Source: Eledone cirrhosa (Eukaryota). Taken from it: DNA of 64,000 bases. The DNA is taken from the NCBI GenBank assembly GCA_964016885.1, contig OZ024754.1, positions 4,588,001 through 4,652,000 on the forward strand, read 5' to 3'. The translations under genes and the position numbers were made by a program. Below the pieces are notes generated by a model. The model ran no database searches and was not told the origin of the DNA. It saw only the letters and a list, made by a program, of their open reading frames with translations. Of the stretch, positions 1 to 13,160 are shown piece after piece (the stretch's first letter is position 1; every line of letters begins with the position of its first letter).

Positions 1-89
1 ATATATATATATATACATACAAATATATATATACATATATATACATACAAACATATATATATATACACACACACATATGCAAATATACC

Positions 90-122
<33 letters not shown>

Positions 123-164
123 ATATATGTATGGGCATATATACATAAATATATTTTTTATATG

Positions 165-199
<35 letters not shown>

Positions 200-226
200 A
201 TGTGCGTATGAGCGTGTGTGCTTCTC

Positions 227-278
<52 letters not shown>

Positions 279-518
279 TGTGTGTGTCCCCATGTATGTA
301 TGTGTATGTTTTCCTTCATTCTGTCTCCTGCCTAATTCAATTGCAGATTGCCTGGCTGTTCACCCTCCAGTACACTCCTCCATTGATTGTGTGCTAGCAA
401 TCTCCGTGTGGAAAACTCTTTCCCCGGGAGCTATCATTACACGCTGGACCGGTACACACCAGTTCCACTCTCTCTCTCTCTCTCTACTCAGGCTATCTCT
501 CTCTCTCTCTTACTCTCT

Positions 519-549
<31 letters not shown>

Positions 550-1255
550 CCCCTCTGCCTCTCTCTCTCTCTCCCACTCTCTCTCTCAAGACATATTTCA
601 TCTTTTACCCTTTTTCTCTCCATTACTTTCACTTTCTCCTCCTCCTCTCTCATTTTATCTTAAAATTGTACTCTCCTTATTTCTCTCTCTCTCTCTCTCT
701 ATAGAGAGAGACTTTTTTCTCCCTTCCTCCCTATTTTCTCTCTATGCTACTTTTTTATCTTAACATTGTACTCTCTCCTTCTCTCTCTCTCCTTCTCTCT
801 CTCCTTCTCCGTCTCTCTCCTTCTATCCGTCACCTCCCTCTCCTTCTATCTCTCACCTCTCTCCGTCTCATTCTCACCTTCCCTCTCTCTCCTTCCTCTC
901 TCTCATTCTCTCTCTCCTCCCTCTCTCTCCTCCCTCTCTCTCCTTCCTCTCTCTCCTTCCTCTCTCTCATTCTCTCTCTCCTCCCTCTCTCTCCTTCTCT
1001 CTATCATTTCTCTCTCACCTCTCTCTCACTTCTCTCTCACTTCTCTCTCACTTCTCTCTCACCTCTCTCTCACTTCTCTCTCACTTCTCTCTCACTTCTC
1101 TCTCACCTCTCTCTCACTTCTCTCTCACCTCTCTCTCACTTCTCTCTCATCTCTCATCGCTCTCTCTCTCTCTCATCTCTCACCTCTCATCTCTCTCATC
1201 TCTCATCTCTCTCTCTCTCTCTCTCATCTCTCATCTCTCTCTCTCTCATCTCTCA

Positions 1256-1288
<33 letters not shown>

Positions 1289-1370
1289 CTCTCTCTCTCT
1301 CTCTCTCATCTCTCATCTCTCTCTCTCTCTCATCTCTCATCTCTCTCTCTCTCATCTCTCTCATCTCTCA

Positions 1371-1401
<31 letters not shown>

Positions 1402-1609
1402 ATTTCTCTCTCCCATCTCTCTCTCATCTCTCTCTCTCCTCCACACCCTCTCTCTGTTAGTGTCTCTCTATCGTGTATATGTTTCTCTCTTTTACACTCC
1501 ATCTGGGCTATTTTCTCTGTTTCAAAAATCTCCCCCACACCCTCATTTTTCCTTATTTCTTTCTCCTTCAATTTCTCTCTCTTTCTATCTGTTTCTCTCT
1601 TTTATACAC

Positions 1610-1678
<69 letters not shown>

Positions 1679-2154
1679 GTCTCACTGTGTTCCTTGTCTT
1701 TCTTATTGTTCTCTCATTCTCCCTCCATGTTTTTTCTTTCATTCAAAGAATTGTTTTCTTTTATAAATATTTTCATTTGTTGTTGGTTTATTATTTGTAT
1801 TTATTTATTTCAAATCTCTCTTTTCTGTACCCCCACCTCCCCTCTCTTCTCTCTCCCTCTCTCTCCCTCCCCCTCCCTCTCTCTCCCTCTATCTCCCTCC
1901 CCTCCCTATCTCTCCCTCCCCCTCCCTCTATCTCCCTTCCCCTCCCTCTCTCTCTCCCTCTCTCCATCCCCCTCTCTCCCTCTCTCTCCCTCTCTCTCTC
2001 CCTCTCCCTCTCTCTCTCCCTCTCCTCTCTTTTTTTCTCTCCCTCTCTCTCCCTCCCTCCCTCTCCTCTCTCTCTCCTCTCTGTGTGGAAGGATATATAT
2101 ATATATATATATATCCATCCACACAGGCACACCAACGCAGATATAAGTGTATTA

Positions 2155-2208
<54 letters not shown>

Positions 2209-2232
2209 GACACACACACAGACACACACACA

Positions 2233-2273
<41 letters not shown>

Positions 2274-2743
2274 GCGGTTGACTATCCAAAGCGGAAAAAG
2301 TATGGAACATAGGTATATAGTAGATTTTGTTCACTTATTGTTGTGTTCCCAGCAAAACACTGCTGTGTAATTTGTGTTTCCATTAGTTACCTGACTAGTG
2401 CCTGAAGATCTGCCAGTTGAATCTCAGAGTTTAGACAGGTAGATAGATGGGCAGGTAGGTAGGTAGGTAGGTAGATATTTTGATAAATAGATAGATAGAT
2501 GGACAGGTAAGTAGATTGTTAGATAGATAGGTAGGTAGGTAGATATATTGATATATAGGTAGATAGATATGTTTCTTTATTAGCCACAGGGGCACAAAAG
2601 AAGGGGACAAATACAAAGGGGGAAGTTTACATACAATAAAAACGTGTAAAATAGGTAGATAGATAGACAGGTAGATAGATTGATAGATATAGATTGATAG
2701 GTAGGTAGGTAGATAGGTAGATAGATATATTGATAGATAGATA

Positions 2744-2826
<83 letters not shown>

Positions 2827-3378
2827 AGATAGATATATTGATAGATAGATATATTAATAGATAGATAGATAGATATACAGGTAGATAGATAGATAGATAG
2901 ATAGATATACAGGTAGATAGATTGTCAGATCAATAGATGGATAGATAGCGATAATTATCAATGTCATATATCATATTGTTGTTACGATTGTATATTTATT
3001 GGTACTGTTGTTGTTGTTGTTGTCGTTGTCGTCGTTGTTGTTGTTGCTGCTACACACAGCCTCCATGTTGTCTTCATATTTCCCTCAGCTGGCTACATAC
3101 CAGCGAGAATTACTTCCACCATTGAGACTCTTCATTCAGAGCAGTTAACGTATGCTGCACTCTTGACAAACGGTACTTATAGAAATGTTCTGGAATATTC
3201 TACAGTAGAATGGATTGAAAATTGGGGCAGAATATATTACTGAGAGAATGTAAGGGAATCTCGTATGCTGTGTATACTCACACACACACATTTACATACA
3301 TATATATATACACGCGCTTGCATATGTATGTATGTATATATATATATATATATATATGTATACACGCACTTGCATATG

Positions 3379-3415
<37 letters not shown>

Positions 3416-3432
3416 GCGTTTGCATATGTATG

Positions 3433-3469
<37 letters not shown>

Positions 3470-3752
3470 GGAAAAAATGAAACGAAATTTCATTTCCCAC
3501 TCTTAGTACGGCTGTTACTTAAATATAAGTATGTACACGTACATACATATATGTATACAGACGTACAGTAGTATGTATATATATATATATATATATACAT
3601 GCACAGATATATATATATGTACGTATGGATTCACCGAACATTTATTATAATACTCGGTGTGTTTGTAAACAAACATCCCGTATTAAGCCGTAGTGTCCAG
3701 CAACCATCGTTGCTCGTTTGTTCAAAACTGACAAAGGAACGCTGTGCACATA

Positions 3753-3799
<47 letters not shown>

Positions 3800-3936
3800 A
3801 AAGAAAATCTATTGTATTAATATTTATATTTTAATATTAATAACTCCGGAAAATTATTTTTTTCGTAGAGTGCTTCCAATCTACTGTAAAACTCATTCTT
3901 TGACATACTCATTGAATATTGTTTAACACTTTAATA

Positions 3937-3969
<33 letters not shown>

Positions 3970-4049
3970 GAACCTGTGAACATACAGGAGAATCTCCAGA
4001 GTAAGAAAACACTGACTCAACCTTAATAAACTTATATATATATATATAT

Positions 4050-4120
<71 letters not shown>

Positions 4121-4184
4121 CATCATTTTCCTGTCAGCGTGACTTAGCAAGCTATTTAGAACACTGGTTTGACAGCTTTACTTC

Positions 4185-4219
4185 CCTCTGAAGAAGAGAT
4201 ATTATCTCGAAAATTAAGG
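4185..4219 (+). ncRNA. Minimal type I hammerhead ribozyme motif (PLE-type)
   Basis: CCT-CTGAAGA-a-GAGAT att ATCTC-GAAA-at-TA-AGG. Stem I is CCT/AGG, stem II is GAGAT/ATCTC, and stem III is reduced to the palindrome AATT. Confidence 0.55.
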
Positions 4220-4498
4220 ACATTTAAATAAATCTAAGGTAAAAGACTAGTTGTCAACAATATCTTTTGCATTTGCATTCTTTATTCTATGTCCATACCT
4301 GCTTTGTTTTGGCTTTATTATACATATACAAACGTTTATATATATATATATTTATAGACAGACACACATACATTGTATAAGAGATGCGAGTTACGTTACC
4401 GCGAAAGCGTCCCTGTCCATTTTTCTTTATCTTTTCCAGGGATAATATGTGTGTGTGTGTATATATATAACGTGAGAGAAACACAAGGACAATTGCCG

Positions 4499-4580
4499 CT
4501 CATCAGCTGCCTTGTGTTGATCACTGATGTTTCGAACGCATTGGCAAAAAGTATATCATACGTAAAACGCCAGCATCAAC
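4499..4580 (-). ncRNA. Rearranged (non-circularly permuted) hammerhead-like motif, diverged copy
   Basis: Minus strand: GTTGAT..TGATA-TA-CTTTT..gcgttc-GAAA-CATCA-gtg-ATCAAC-acaa-GGCAG-CTGATGA-G. It has the same 23-nt GAAA-to-CTGATGA spacing as 8847-8912, with two mismatches in stems I/III. Confidence 0.5.
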
Positions 4581-4701
4581 AGTTTTCCAAAAGATGGTAA
4601 CATAAATAGACCTGTTTTTATTTTTTTTTTTTTTTCTATATAAACATTTTTCTCCGATTCTGCCCAGCCCGTCCCTTCAATCTTTCTAATTTCTCATTAT
4701 T

Positions 4702-4737
4702 TCTTCTGATGAAGGACTTGCGTCTGAACCGTTAAGA
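4702..4737 (+). ncRNA. Degenerate minimal type I hammerhead motif
   Basis: TCTT-CTGATGA-a-GGAC ttgc GTCT-GAAC-cg-TT-AAGA. GAAA is mutated to GAAC. Confidence 0.4.
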
Positions 4738-4800
4738 CCATCTTCCTGATGTTAACCTAATATATCTCTTCCATATATTGTACCGATTGTGTTGTTTACC

Positions 4801-4848
<48 letters not shown>

Positions 4849-5261
4849 ATCTGATAGCTGTTAAGATATGGGTTGAATTAGCACTTCAACACAACAAGGT
4901 ATCTAGAATACTTAAAAGTTACTAGTCTTTCTTTATTAATTGACATCTGGTAATTTTAACTCTTGGCAATAATCTGCCACTACAATTACTGATTAGTGTC
5001 AGCTGTTCCACCATTGCTTCTAAATTCCTACTAAAATTGTATTCACAAGTTTAATAAACATATATTTAGTGTCAGTCTTGTTGAAAATGTGTTACAATGT
5101 AGTTAAATTACTAATCTTCTAGAGGTTAGGCATGACAATCTCACTGACTGATTCCGTATTTACCATAAGGATTCACATAAGGACATGTGGGAAACAAGAA
5201 TCCATATACGCTTTCGAATATATACATTATATAAGTATATACATATGTATATATATATATG

Positions 5262-5310
<49 letters not shown>

Positions 5311-5386
5311 GTGTATATATATGTGTGTATATATATGCATATATATATATGTGTGTGTATATATATATGTATATATATCTATATGT

Positions 5387-5418
<32 letters not shown>

Positions 5419-5505
5419 TTATATATATACATGTGTGTGTATATACATGTGCATATGTGTATATACATGTGTATATGTATATATACATGTGTATATGTGT
5501 ATATG

Positions 5506-5538
<33 letters not shown>

Positions 5539-5597
5539 GTGTGTATATACATGTGTATATATATATGTATATATATATGTATATGTGTATATATATG

Positions 5598-5630
<33 letters not shown>

Positions 5631-5738
5631 GTATATATACATGTGTATATATATATATGTATATATACATGTGTATATATATATATGTATATATACATGT
5701 GTATATATATATATGTATATATACATGTGTATATATAC

Positions 5739-5782
<44 letters not shown>

Positions 5783-6893
5783 GTGTATATATATATATAT
5801 ACACACATACACATATATTTGGCCTTTACATACAAACAAATTATTTTATTGTTTACAATAGAAACAAACCTATGTAAACTGATTTAACTTTTGTATATAA
5901 AGAATGTATATAATGTATATAATGTATAAAATGTATATATATGTTTGTGTGTGAATGCATGTATGTATGATAGAAGAGAATTTATAGATTGCAATGTTAG
6001 AAACAGCTTAGAAAATTTTATGGTTTCACATATTCCCCTTGAAGACGAATACAACAGCGGAACAGTTCCTTCTTTTGTCTAAATAATAATAGAGAGTGAG
6101 GTCTATTATTTCATTTAGAATAAAAGAATTTCTGGATTGGAGGTAAAAGACTTTGTTATATAACATAGCTATAAGGAGTAACTTTCCAGATATTGTTGCA
6201 AGTATATTTCAAGTATATAATTTGAATGAGTGCATGTAATACTTCGCATGTAGGTATACAAATGTTAAAGATGTATGAAATAATTAATACATGCACATAT
6301 ATATATATATATATACATATATGTGTGTGTGTATATGTGTATATATGTCTGTGTATATGTGAGTGCGTATATATGTGTATATATATATGTGTGTGTGTGT
6401 GTGTATATATATGAGTGTATATATATGTGTGTACATATGTGTATATATGTGTACATATATGTATGTATGTGTGTGTGTATATATTTGTGTGTACATATGT
6501 GTATATGTGTGTGTGTGTATATATACACACACACACATATGCTAGCAGGATAAGTGGACGTTAATGTAACACGACGATGTTGATGATGATATGCTTGTAT
6601 GTATGCCTGTGTCTATGTTTGTATGTATGTATGTCTGGTTGTAAGTATGGATGAATGAATGAATCGAGGATTGGACAGATACATGGATGAAGCTTTAGCA
6701 GAGATTTATTCCAATGCTGTTCTACAATACATATTATATTTATACATTTCTGTATATCAATACTCTGCACGTATTGACAGACACCAAGCTTCATATTGTA
6801 TTGCAAAGACAAGGTGTTTACATCTGTCTATATATTATAGGGTCGGATACAAATCTAGGAACACACGCTATAGTAAAGCACACAGACGCCGCA

Positions 6894-6933
<40 letters not shown>

Positions 6934-7028
6934 ATAATAATAAATGTGAAGACTAAAATCGAAAGAGGGCTCGATAAGGATAAATATATATCAAATATAT
7001 AAGAACCGTAGAGCAAATATTTATTAAC

Positions 7029-7123
7029 ATAACAGATTAAAGTTTAAGCAAAGAATCGCTGCTTTCACCCTTAACGTTAAGGGTGAAAGCAGCGATTCTT
7101 TGCTTAAACTTTAATCTGTTATT
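7029..7123. repeat. Perfect palindrome/fold-back (about 47-bp arms)
   Basis: ataacagattaaagtttaagcaaagaatcgctgctttcacccttaac|gttaagggtgaaagcagcgattctttgcttaaactttaatctgttat. Confidence 0.9.
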
Positions 7124-7457
7124 TTAACTGGAGCTAGCTGTTGAAATGGCAAGAGCTCCACTGTCGGGGTCCATACTGTACTAACCCGACGAGTACTCTG
7201 GAGAGAAATGGTCTAACCAGTTTTTAACTGAATCCACCCTAAGTTATATATATATATAAGGAAAAGGAATCGAAAATGCAACCAGTCTTTTTAAGAATAT
7301 CTATTTGTTTCCTTTACTGGGTTCACACTTCATATGCTTTTCAAAAGTAGAATTGAGATGGAGGGCTTGTGGTTTTTCTCGCATCTGTTCGAATGTTACT
7401 TCTGTTTTATGTGGAAAAAAGGGGCTCGAATTGGTTTATATATATATATATATATAC

Positions 7458-7501
<44 letters not shown>

Positions 7502-7564
7502 TGAATATCCAACCGATAAGGTATGATTTTCATGGGTATGTCTCTATTAATAAAACAAACTTTG

Positions 7565-7627
7565 TATTTTATCTGATGAAAGCGTACCAATGTGTCTTGG
7601 TACCCTTGAAATATATATAATAAAATA
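7565..7627 (+). ncRNA. Type I hammerhead ribozyme motif, family A
   Basis: TATTTTAT-CTGATGA-aagcGTACCAA tgtgtc TTGGTACcctt-GAAA-TATATAT-A-ATAAAATA. Stem I is 8 bp, stem III is palindromic, and cleavage is predicted after 7619. Confidence 0.75.
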
Positions 7628-7666
7628 AATATGGTTTTATAAATATAGTTTCCATTTATTTAATAT

Positions 7667-7710
<44 letters not shown>

Positions 7711-7857
7711 CTAGAGAAACCAATAACAAATTATTGAACAAATATATTTAATAGAAGACAATTGTTTCGGAAACCATATCAGTATTCTGCACATACAGAT
7801 GATAATTATCGATTATAAAATCGATAATAGTAAATGATTAGTTTGTATGCATAATTT

Positions 7858-7934
<77 letters not shown>

Positions 7935-8058
7935 TGTTTCTAACGAGAATGGTGAGATGGATCTAGAGGTTCTAGAATATACGTATTTATATGCATATGT
8001 GGAAAAATCTGTATGTATCGATGTATATATAATACACTGTATTGCAGAGAGTTTATTT

Positions 8059-8111
<53 letters not shown>

Positions 8112-8431
8112 CCATTGTGGTTAATAAAGAAAGCATATATAAATATATTAACCCTTTTGGTTAATAAAGAAAACATATATATATAATACAAGTGGATTCT
8201 TAGTAAAATCGAAGCTTTCGCTGTGGCCAAACAACGTCGACCTACAAAAAGGAATGAGTAGCAAAGCACTCAATAAGGGTAGGTCTTTAGAGTAATAACA
8301 CACGTTTAAATAGCTTGACAAATTGAAAATTGCGGTAGGCAAAACCCAACCATACAATACCAGAACAACGGAAGATTAATAAAGAAAGCCTATATATTTA
8401 TATATATATATATATATAAAAAAAGTTTGTC

Positions 8432-8497
8432 CTCATCAGCGGCCTTCCAACCGTCGTAGGCATTTCGTCGCATTAAAGGCCATACACCTCAGGTTGG
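8432..8497 (-). ncRNA. Rearranged hammerhead-like motif (inverted copy)
   Basis: Reverse complement of 8847-8912 with GAAA-TGCC and GGCCG variants. Confidence 0.6.
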
Positions 8498-8846
8498 TGC
8501 GAGCAACGGCTAAAAAAAGTCGTTGGGACACGTAAATAAGGGGGACACTAGGGTAAACAAACAAAATGGTTTGTCTGCAACTTCACAGAACTTATGTTTA
8601 CCGAATTCGCAGACCAGACCCCTTCTTCCTCCCGTTAGACCTGTGCGAAATTCCTTCCTTGCTCACATTTCAACCAGGTTTGATGGTCTTTATTCTCACG
8701 TTCACGATTCCACCGAATTTATATTCATAGAAATCTGGGACTTGTTTCTTCTTCATCACTTTCTGTTGCTTAAACCATTTTGTTTGTTTACCCTAGTGTC
8801 CCCCTTATTTACGTGTCCCAACGACTTTTTTTAGCCGTTGCTCGCA

Positions 8847-8912
8847 CCAACCTGAGGTGTATGGCCTTTAATGCGACGAAATTCCTACGACGGTTGGAAG
8901 GCCACTGATGAG
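8847..8912 (+). ncRNA. Rearranged (non-circularly permuted) hammerhead-like motif
   Basis: CCAACC-tga-GGTG-TA-TGGCCTT-taatgcga-C-GAAA-TTCC-tacgac-GGTTGG-AAGGCCA-CTGATGA-G. Cleavage is predicted after 8861. Confidence 0.65.
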
Positions 8913-8998
8913 GACAAACTTTTTCATATGTAACCCATTTGCAGCGCCGCAGCTCCATTATTATCATATATATATATAAACCCTTGTGGTTAATAAAG

Positions 8999-9031
<33 letters not shown>

Positions 9032-9049
9032 TTGTGGTTAATAAAGAAA

Positions 9050-9098
<49 letters not shown>

Positions 9099-9142
9099 TA
9101 AACCCTTGTGGTTAATAAAGAAAGCATATATATATACATATA

Positions 9143-9187
<45 letters not shown>

Positions 9188-9704
9188 TGTAAAGTAAAAT
9201 GCTGACATTTTTCTTTTACCAAAGTTAAAATGATCATTTCAATTCATTCTAACTTTCATTCGATCGAAAGTGTAAGGTGTTGTTGGTAATTTTACAAATG
9301 GCAAATGTTCTAAAAAGCATTTTTCTGTAAGACATATTTTAACATGACAACGGTAAAGGCTAGAAAAAAGGCAAAATGGCTGTTTTAGAAGTGTGTCGGT
9401 CTCGCGATCTTTAAATGAGTTGCATTGTTCTTGGACTGAATACATTCGTAATGTACTGAAAACAGTCATCTTCTTAATGTTGTTGTACTCGAATATATGT
9501 GGAAGACATTTTACTTCTTAATGTTCATGTTTCTTTCATTTTTTTGTTTCGTGTGACTGTGTTTGTGTGTGCGTCTATATGTGTGTGTGGCTATTTGTAC
9601 TGCGTGTGTATAATGTCAGTGCATATATATATGTCTAACAAATATGGTTGTTTGAAAGAGTGTGTGTGGAATTGTATCTGTGTGCGTCTTATTATATATG
9701 CGTT

Positions 9705-9753
<49 letters not shown>

Positions 9754-9988
9754 ATATATATGTATATATATATGCGTGTGTGTGTATATATATATGTATT
9801 TACATACATATGTGTTTGTATATATGAATATATATATATATATATGTGTGTTTGTATGTATGTATGTCTGCATGCATGTATGTTTGTATGTATATATATA
9901 TATATATGTGTGTGTGTGTATACATATATATATATTTATATACATACATAAATATATATATTTGTATATATGTATGTGAATATATATA

Positions 9989-10027
<39 letters not shown>

Positions 10028-10665
10028 GTGTGATTTATGTATAAGTGTTAGTGCATGTGAATTTTCCAAGTCGACAAAATGCCAGCGGCAAAAGGACTGT
10101 ACATTAAAATCTATGAACTTCACAATTTCACGGGCTCAATCATTGCGATATCCATAAAAATCAACAAAGAATTTTATCCTAGCATATTTTCTTGACGATG
10201 CATTATTATTTTTATTTTAGAATATATTTTATTAATATTATTATATTTCTAAAATATTTTAATTTTTTTTAGTAACATTTAATTTTTATTTTTATTTCAT
10301 GAAATTTTTCCAGTTTTTATGTATCTTTTTTAAATTGAAAGAAAATACTAATAAAAAAAAAAGGGCAAAGTTAAAATTAAATTCGAATGAAAAGATAATG
10401 AAATCGGCTAGCAAAAAATATTGAACAATGTATTGTAGAATTTAAAATGTTTTAAATCGTCGAATAAAATATAAATAAAATATATATGAAAAATTTGAAT
10501 ATAAGAAAGAAATATGATTTAAATTATGGAAGAGTTTCTGTGATATGCGTAACACACACACACACACACACACACACTCTATTTAAATCACTATATATGT
10601 GTGTATAAATTCATATATATATATATTTATTTATATATATTTATTTATTTATATATATATATTTA

Positions 10666-10696
<31 letters not shown>

Positions 10697-10727
10697 TTTT
10701 TTTTATTTATATATATATTTATTTATT

Positions 10728-10758
<31 letters not shown>

Positions 10759-10816
10759 ACATATATATATACACACACATATATATATGAATATACATAT
10801 GTGTGTGTATATATAG

Positions 10817-10863
<47 letters not shown>

Positions 10864-11961
10864 TATATGAATATATATATGTATATATATAATGAGAGAG
10901 AGATACATATATATATATATGTATATATATACACATATATATACATATATGGATAGATGTGTGTGTATGTATGTATTAACGTCAGATTTCTTTAAATTAG
11001 TTCATTTGTTTTTGAAATATGTCATTGTTTTCCTTGCTAACTTCTGCCAGAACTCTCCGTATAAAGCTATATTTTATAGTGTTTTCTAAATAAAACAGCC
11101 CAATTAAAACCACTCTTTAGAAGTGACCCCACTAATTAGCTACTTTGATGAATAACTGCTATATTGACACGAGAGAGAGTGATGAAGACGGAGTGAGAGG
11201 GGATAGGCGGGGAGGGGGGAGTGAGAGTGGATAGGGAGGGAGGGAGAGAGAGTTGGGTGATAGAGGGGGAGTTAGAGAGGGTTGTGTGGGAGGGAAGTAT
11301 GGAAGTTGAAAAAATTATATGTACTTCTAAATGGATGACGTTTTAGAATGAAAATCAAGCCTATTTAAACTTCTCGCTGGAATGTATTTAAGAAAGAAAA
11401 CTGCTGGCTACAAATGAGAAAGAGAAGTAAAAAAGATAAAAGAACATAAAGGGGGAGAGGATAGATGTAGGGGAAGGAGACGAAGAGAACGAAGAAATAA
11501 ATGTTAGGGTGAAAGGATATTTGATAATAAAGATAATAATAATATTTTACTTAATCAGGCAAAGCAGTAAGGTAGACTAGAGTTTATCCAGTTCATAAAT
11601 TACTCCGAGAGAAAAGAGGTTTTATAGTACTTAACTATATCTCTGTTCCGGAGTTCAAATCCAAACAGGAACGGGGATGGGCATGGAAGGATAGGCATAA
11701 GTTTTCCTTTCATCTTTATGGAATTGCTACAAGAATTATCAATCAGATATACTGAACTTTGCACAAGTTTTTTGGCAAAGTCTGCAAAATGGTGTTCACT
11801 GAAATTGACACCTCTTATTTAATAGATATGACTGTGGTTTAGGTGTTCCCTTCATAACCACGTGGTCTTCTAGTTCAGTTCTACTTCTTTGTCCTTGTGT
11901 TATGTGTCCTCTAGTATAGCTTTGTGTTGACTAATGCCTTATGAATGAAATTTAGAAATAT

Positions 11962-12029
<68 letters not shown>

Positions 12030-12031
<2 letters not shown>

Positions 12032-12231
12032 CGGCAGAAATGTGGTAAGGAACCAGGTGGACCGTAACGCACCAAAGTACTCAATACTTAGGGTAGTAGA
12101 GTGGGTAATAGGAACGAGTAGGACCCCGACGGCTGAGCTCAAGCCGTTTCGACGGCTAATTCTGGACTAAAAAATAGTCCAGAATTAGCCGTCGAAACGG
12201 CTTGAGTTCAGCCGTCGGGGTCCTACTCGTT

Positions 12232-12233
<2 letters not shown>
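12030..12233 (-). mobile_element. (TA)n-embedded fold-back element, family C (3' half of a hammerhead plus conserved tail)
   Basis: Hairpin ggaacgagtaggaccccgacggct...agccgtcggggtcctactcgttcc containing GAAA-CGGCT..AGCCG-TC. Tail shared with the copies at 15153, 28131, 28394, 57765 and 59350. Confidence 0.75.
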
Positions 12234-12300
<67 letters not shown>

Positions 12301-12381
12301 TACCAGATGGCGTTAGCCCCGGTGTTTTGCATAGCTACTACTTTCTAAATGTTTATATATAAAAATACAGTATTTCTTTGG

Positions 12382-12484
12382 AAATGAGTGAAGAATACTG
12401 TGGTCGGCTGTACAATAGTGTTTATTTAAATAACTTTAAATAAACCCTATTGTGCAGTCGACCACGTTATTCTTCACTCATTTG
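12382..12484. repeat. Imperfect hairpin (about 50-bp arms)
   Basis: aaatgagtgaagaata..gtggtcggctgtacaatagtgtttatttaaa pairs with tttaaataaaccctattgtgcagtcgaccac..tattcttcactcattt. Confidence 0.75.
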
Positions 12485-12530
12485 CGCATATATATGTATA
12501 TATATATATATATATATATAAAATTAGTCC

Positions 12531-12596
12531 TTCATCAGTGATCTTCCAACTTTCATTGGTATTTCATCGCTTTAAAAATCATATACCTCTGGTTGG
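12531..12596 (-). ncRNA. Rearranged hammerhead-like motif (inverted copy)
   Basis: Reverse complement of 13161-13227. Confidence 0.6.
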
Positions 12597-13160
12597 TGCG
12601 AGCAATAACTAAATAAAGTTATTGGGACAAGTAAAATAACGTGAAGCGAGCGAGACATGTAAACAAAGAAAGATGGTATTGCAACGGAAAGATGGGAAGT
12701 ACATGATTGAAGGACTAATTTTATTCATATGTAACCCATGTGCAACCACACAGCTCTCCATTTTTCTTATATTTATATTTTTTCCTCGGCTGCGATTGAC
12801 TGTTTCTTTCTTACTGTTTCCCCTCTCTCTCTGTATCTCTCACCTTTTTACCCCCTCTGCCAGTCACACTCTCTCTCTCGGCTGGCCTCCTCCTCACACT
12901 TCCACTCACTAACTCTCTGCTTCTCCCCTCTCTCACTTCCTCCCGTTTGACCTGTGTGAAATCCTTTTCTCGCTCACATCTCACCCATGTCGGATGGTCT
13001 GTATCTCTCGTCCATGAATTCACCAAGCTTAAGCTTATAGATATCATGTACTTGTCTGTTCCTATCTTTCCGTTGCAATACCATCTTTCTTTGTTTACAT
13101 GTCTCGCTCGCTTCACGCTATTTTACTTGTCCCAATAACTTTATTTAGTTATTGCTCGCA

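Larger units (their letters stand above)
8418..8965. mobile_element. (TA)n-embedded fold-back element (about 155-bp inverted arms) with a rearranged hammerhead on each arm; probable PLE derivative
   Basis: 8418-8572 is the reverse complement of about 8772-8925. It is flanked by TA runs and homologous to 12521-13285. Confidence 0.75.

Noticed and set aside
115-2370. Long ORFs (up to 534 aa) of Leu/Ser, Tyr/Ile and His/Thr repeats, here and throughout the window
   Set aside because: They are translations of (CT)n, (TA)n and (CA)n microsatellites that lack stop codons by composition.
7750-7790. Minus-strand GAAA-CAATTG-TC hammerhead 3' half
   Set aside because: No CUGANGA strand occurs before the TA run, so it cannot be called a complete motif.
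8523-8834. 103-aa ORF inside the fold-back element as a PLE protein remnant
   Set aside because: It has no RT or GIY-YIG motifs, and the homologous frame at about 12940 has stop codons.
8847-8912. Reading this motif as an ordinary type II or type III hammerhead, or as a SECIS element
   Set aside because: There is no GAAA downstream of CUGAUGA, no consistent UH plus stem I between GAAA and CUGAUGA across copies, and no conserved AUGA/GA quartet. Only the rearranged topology fits all copies.
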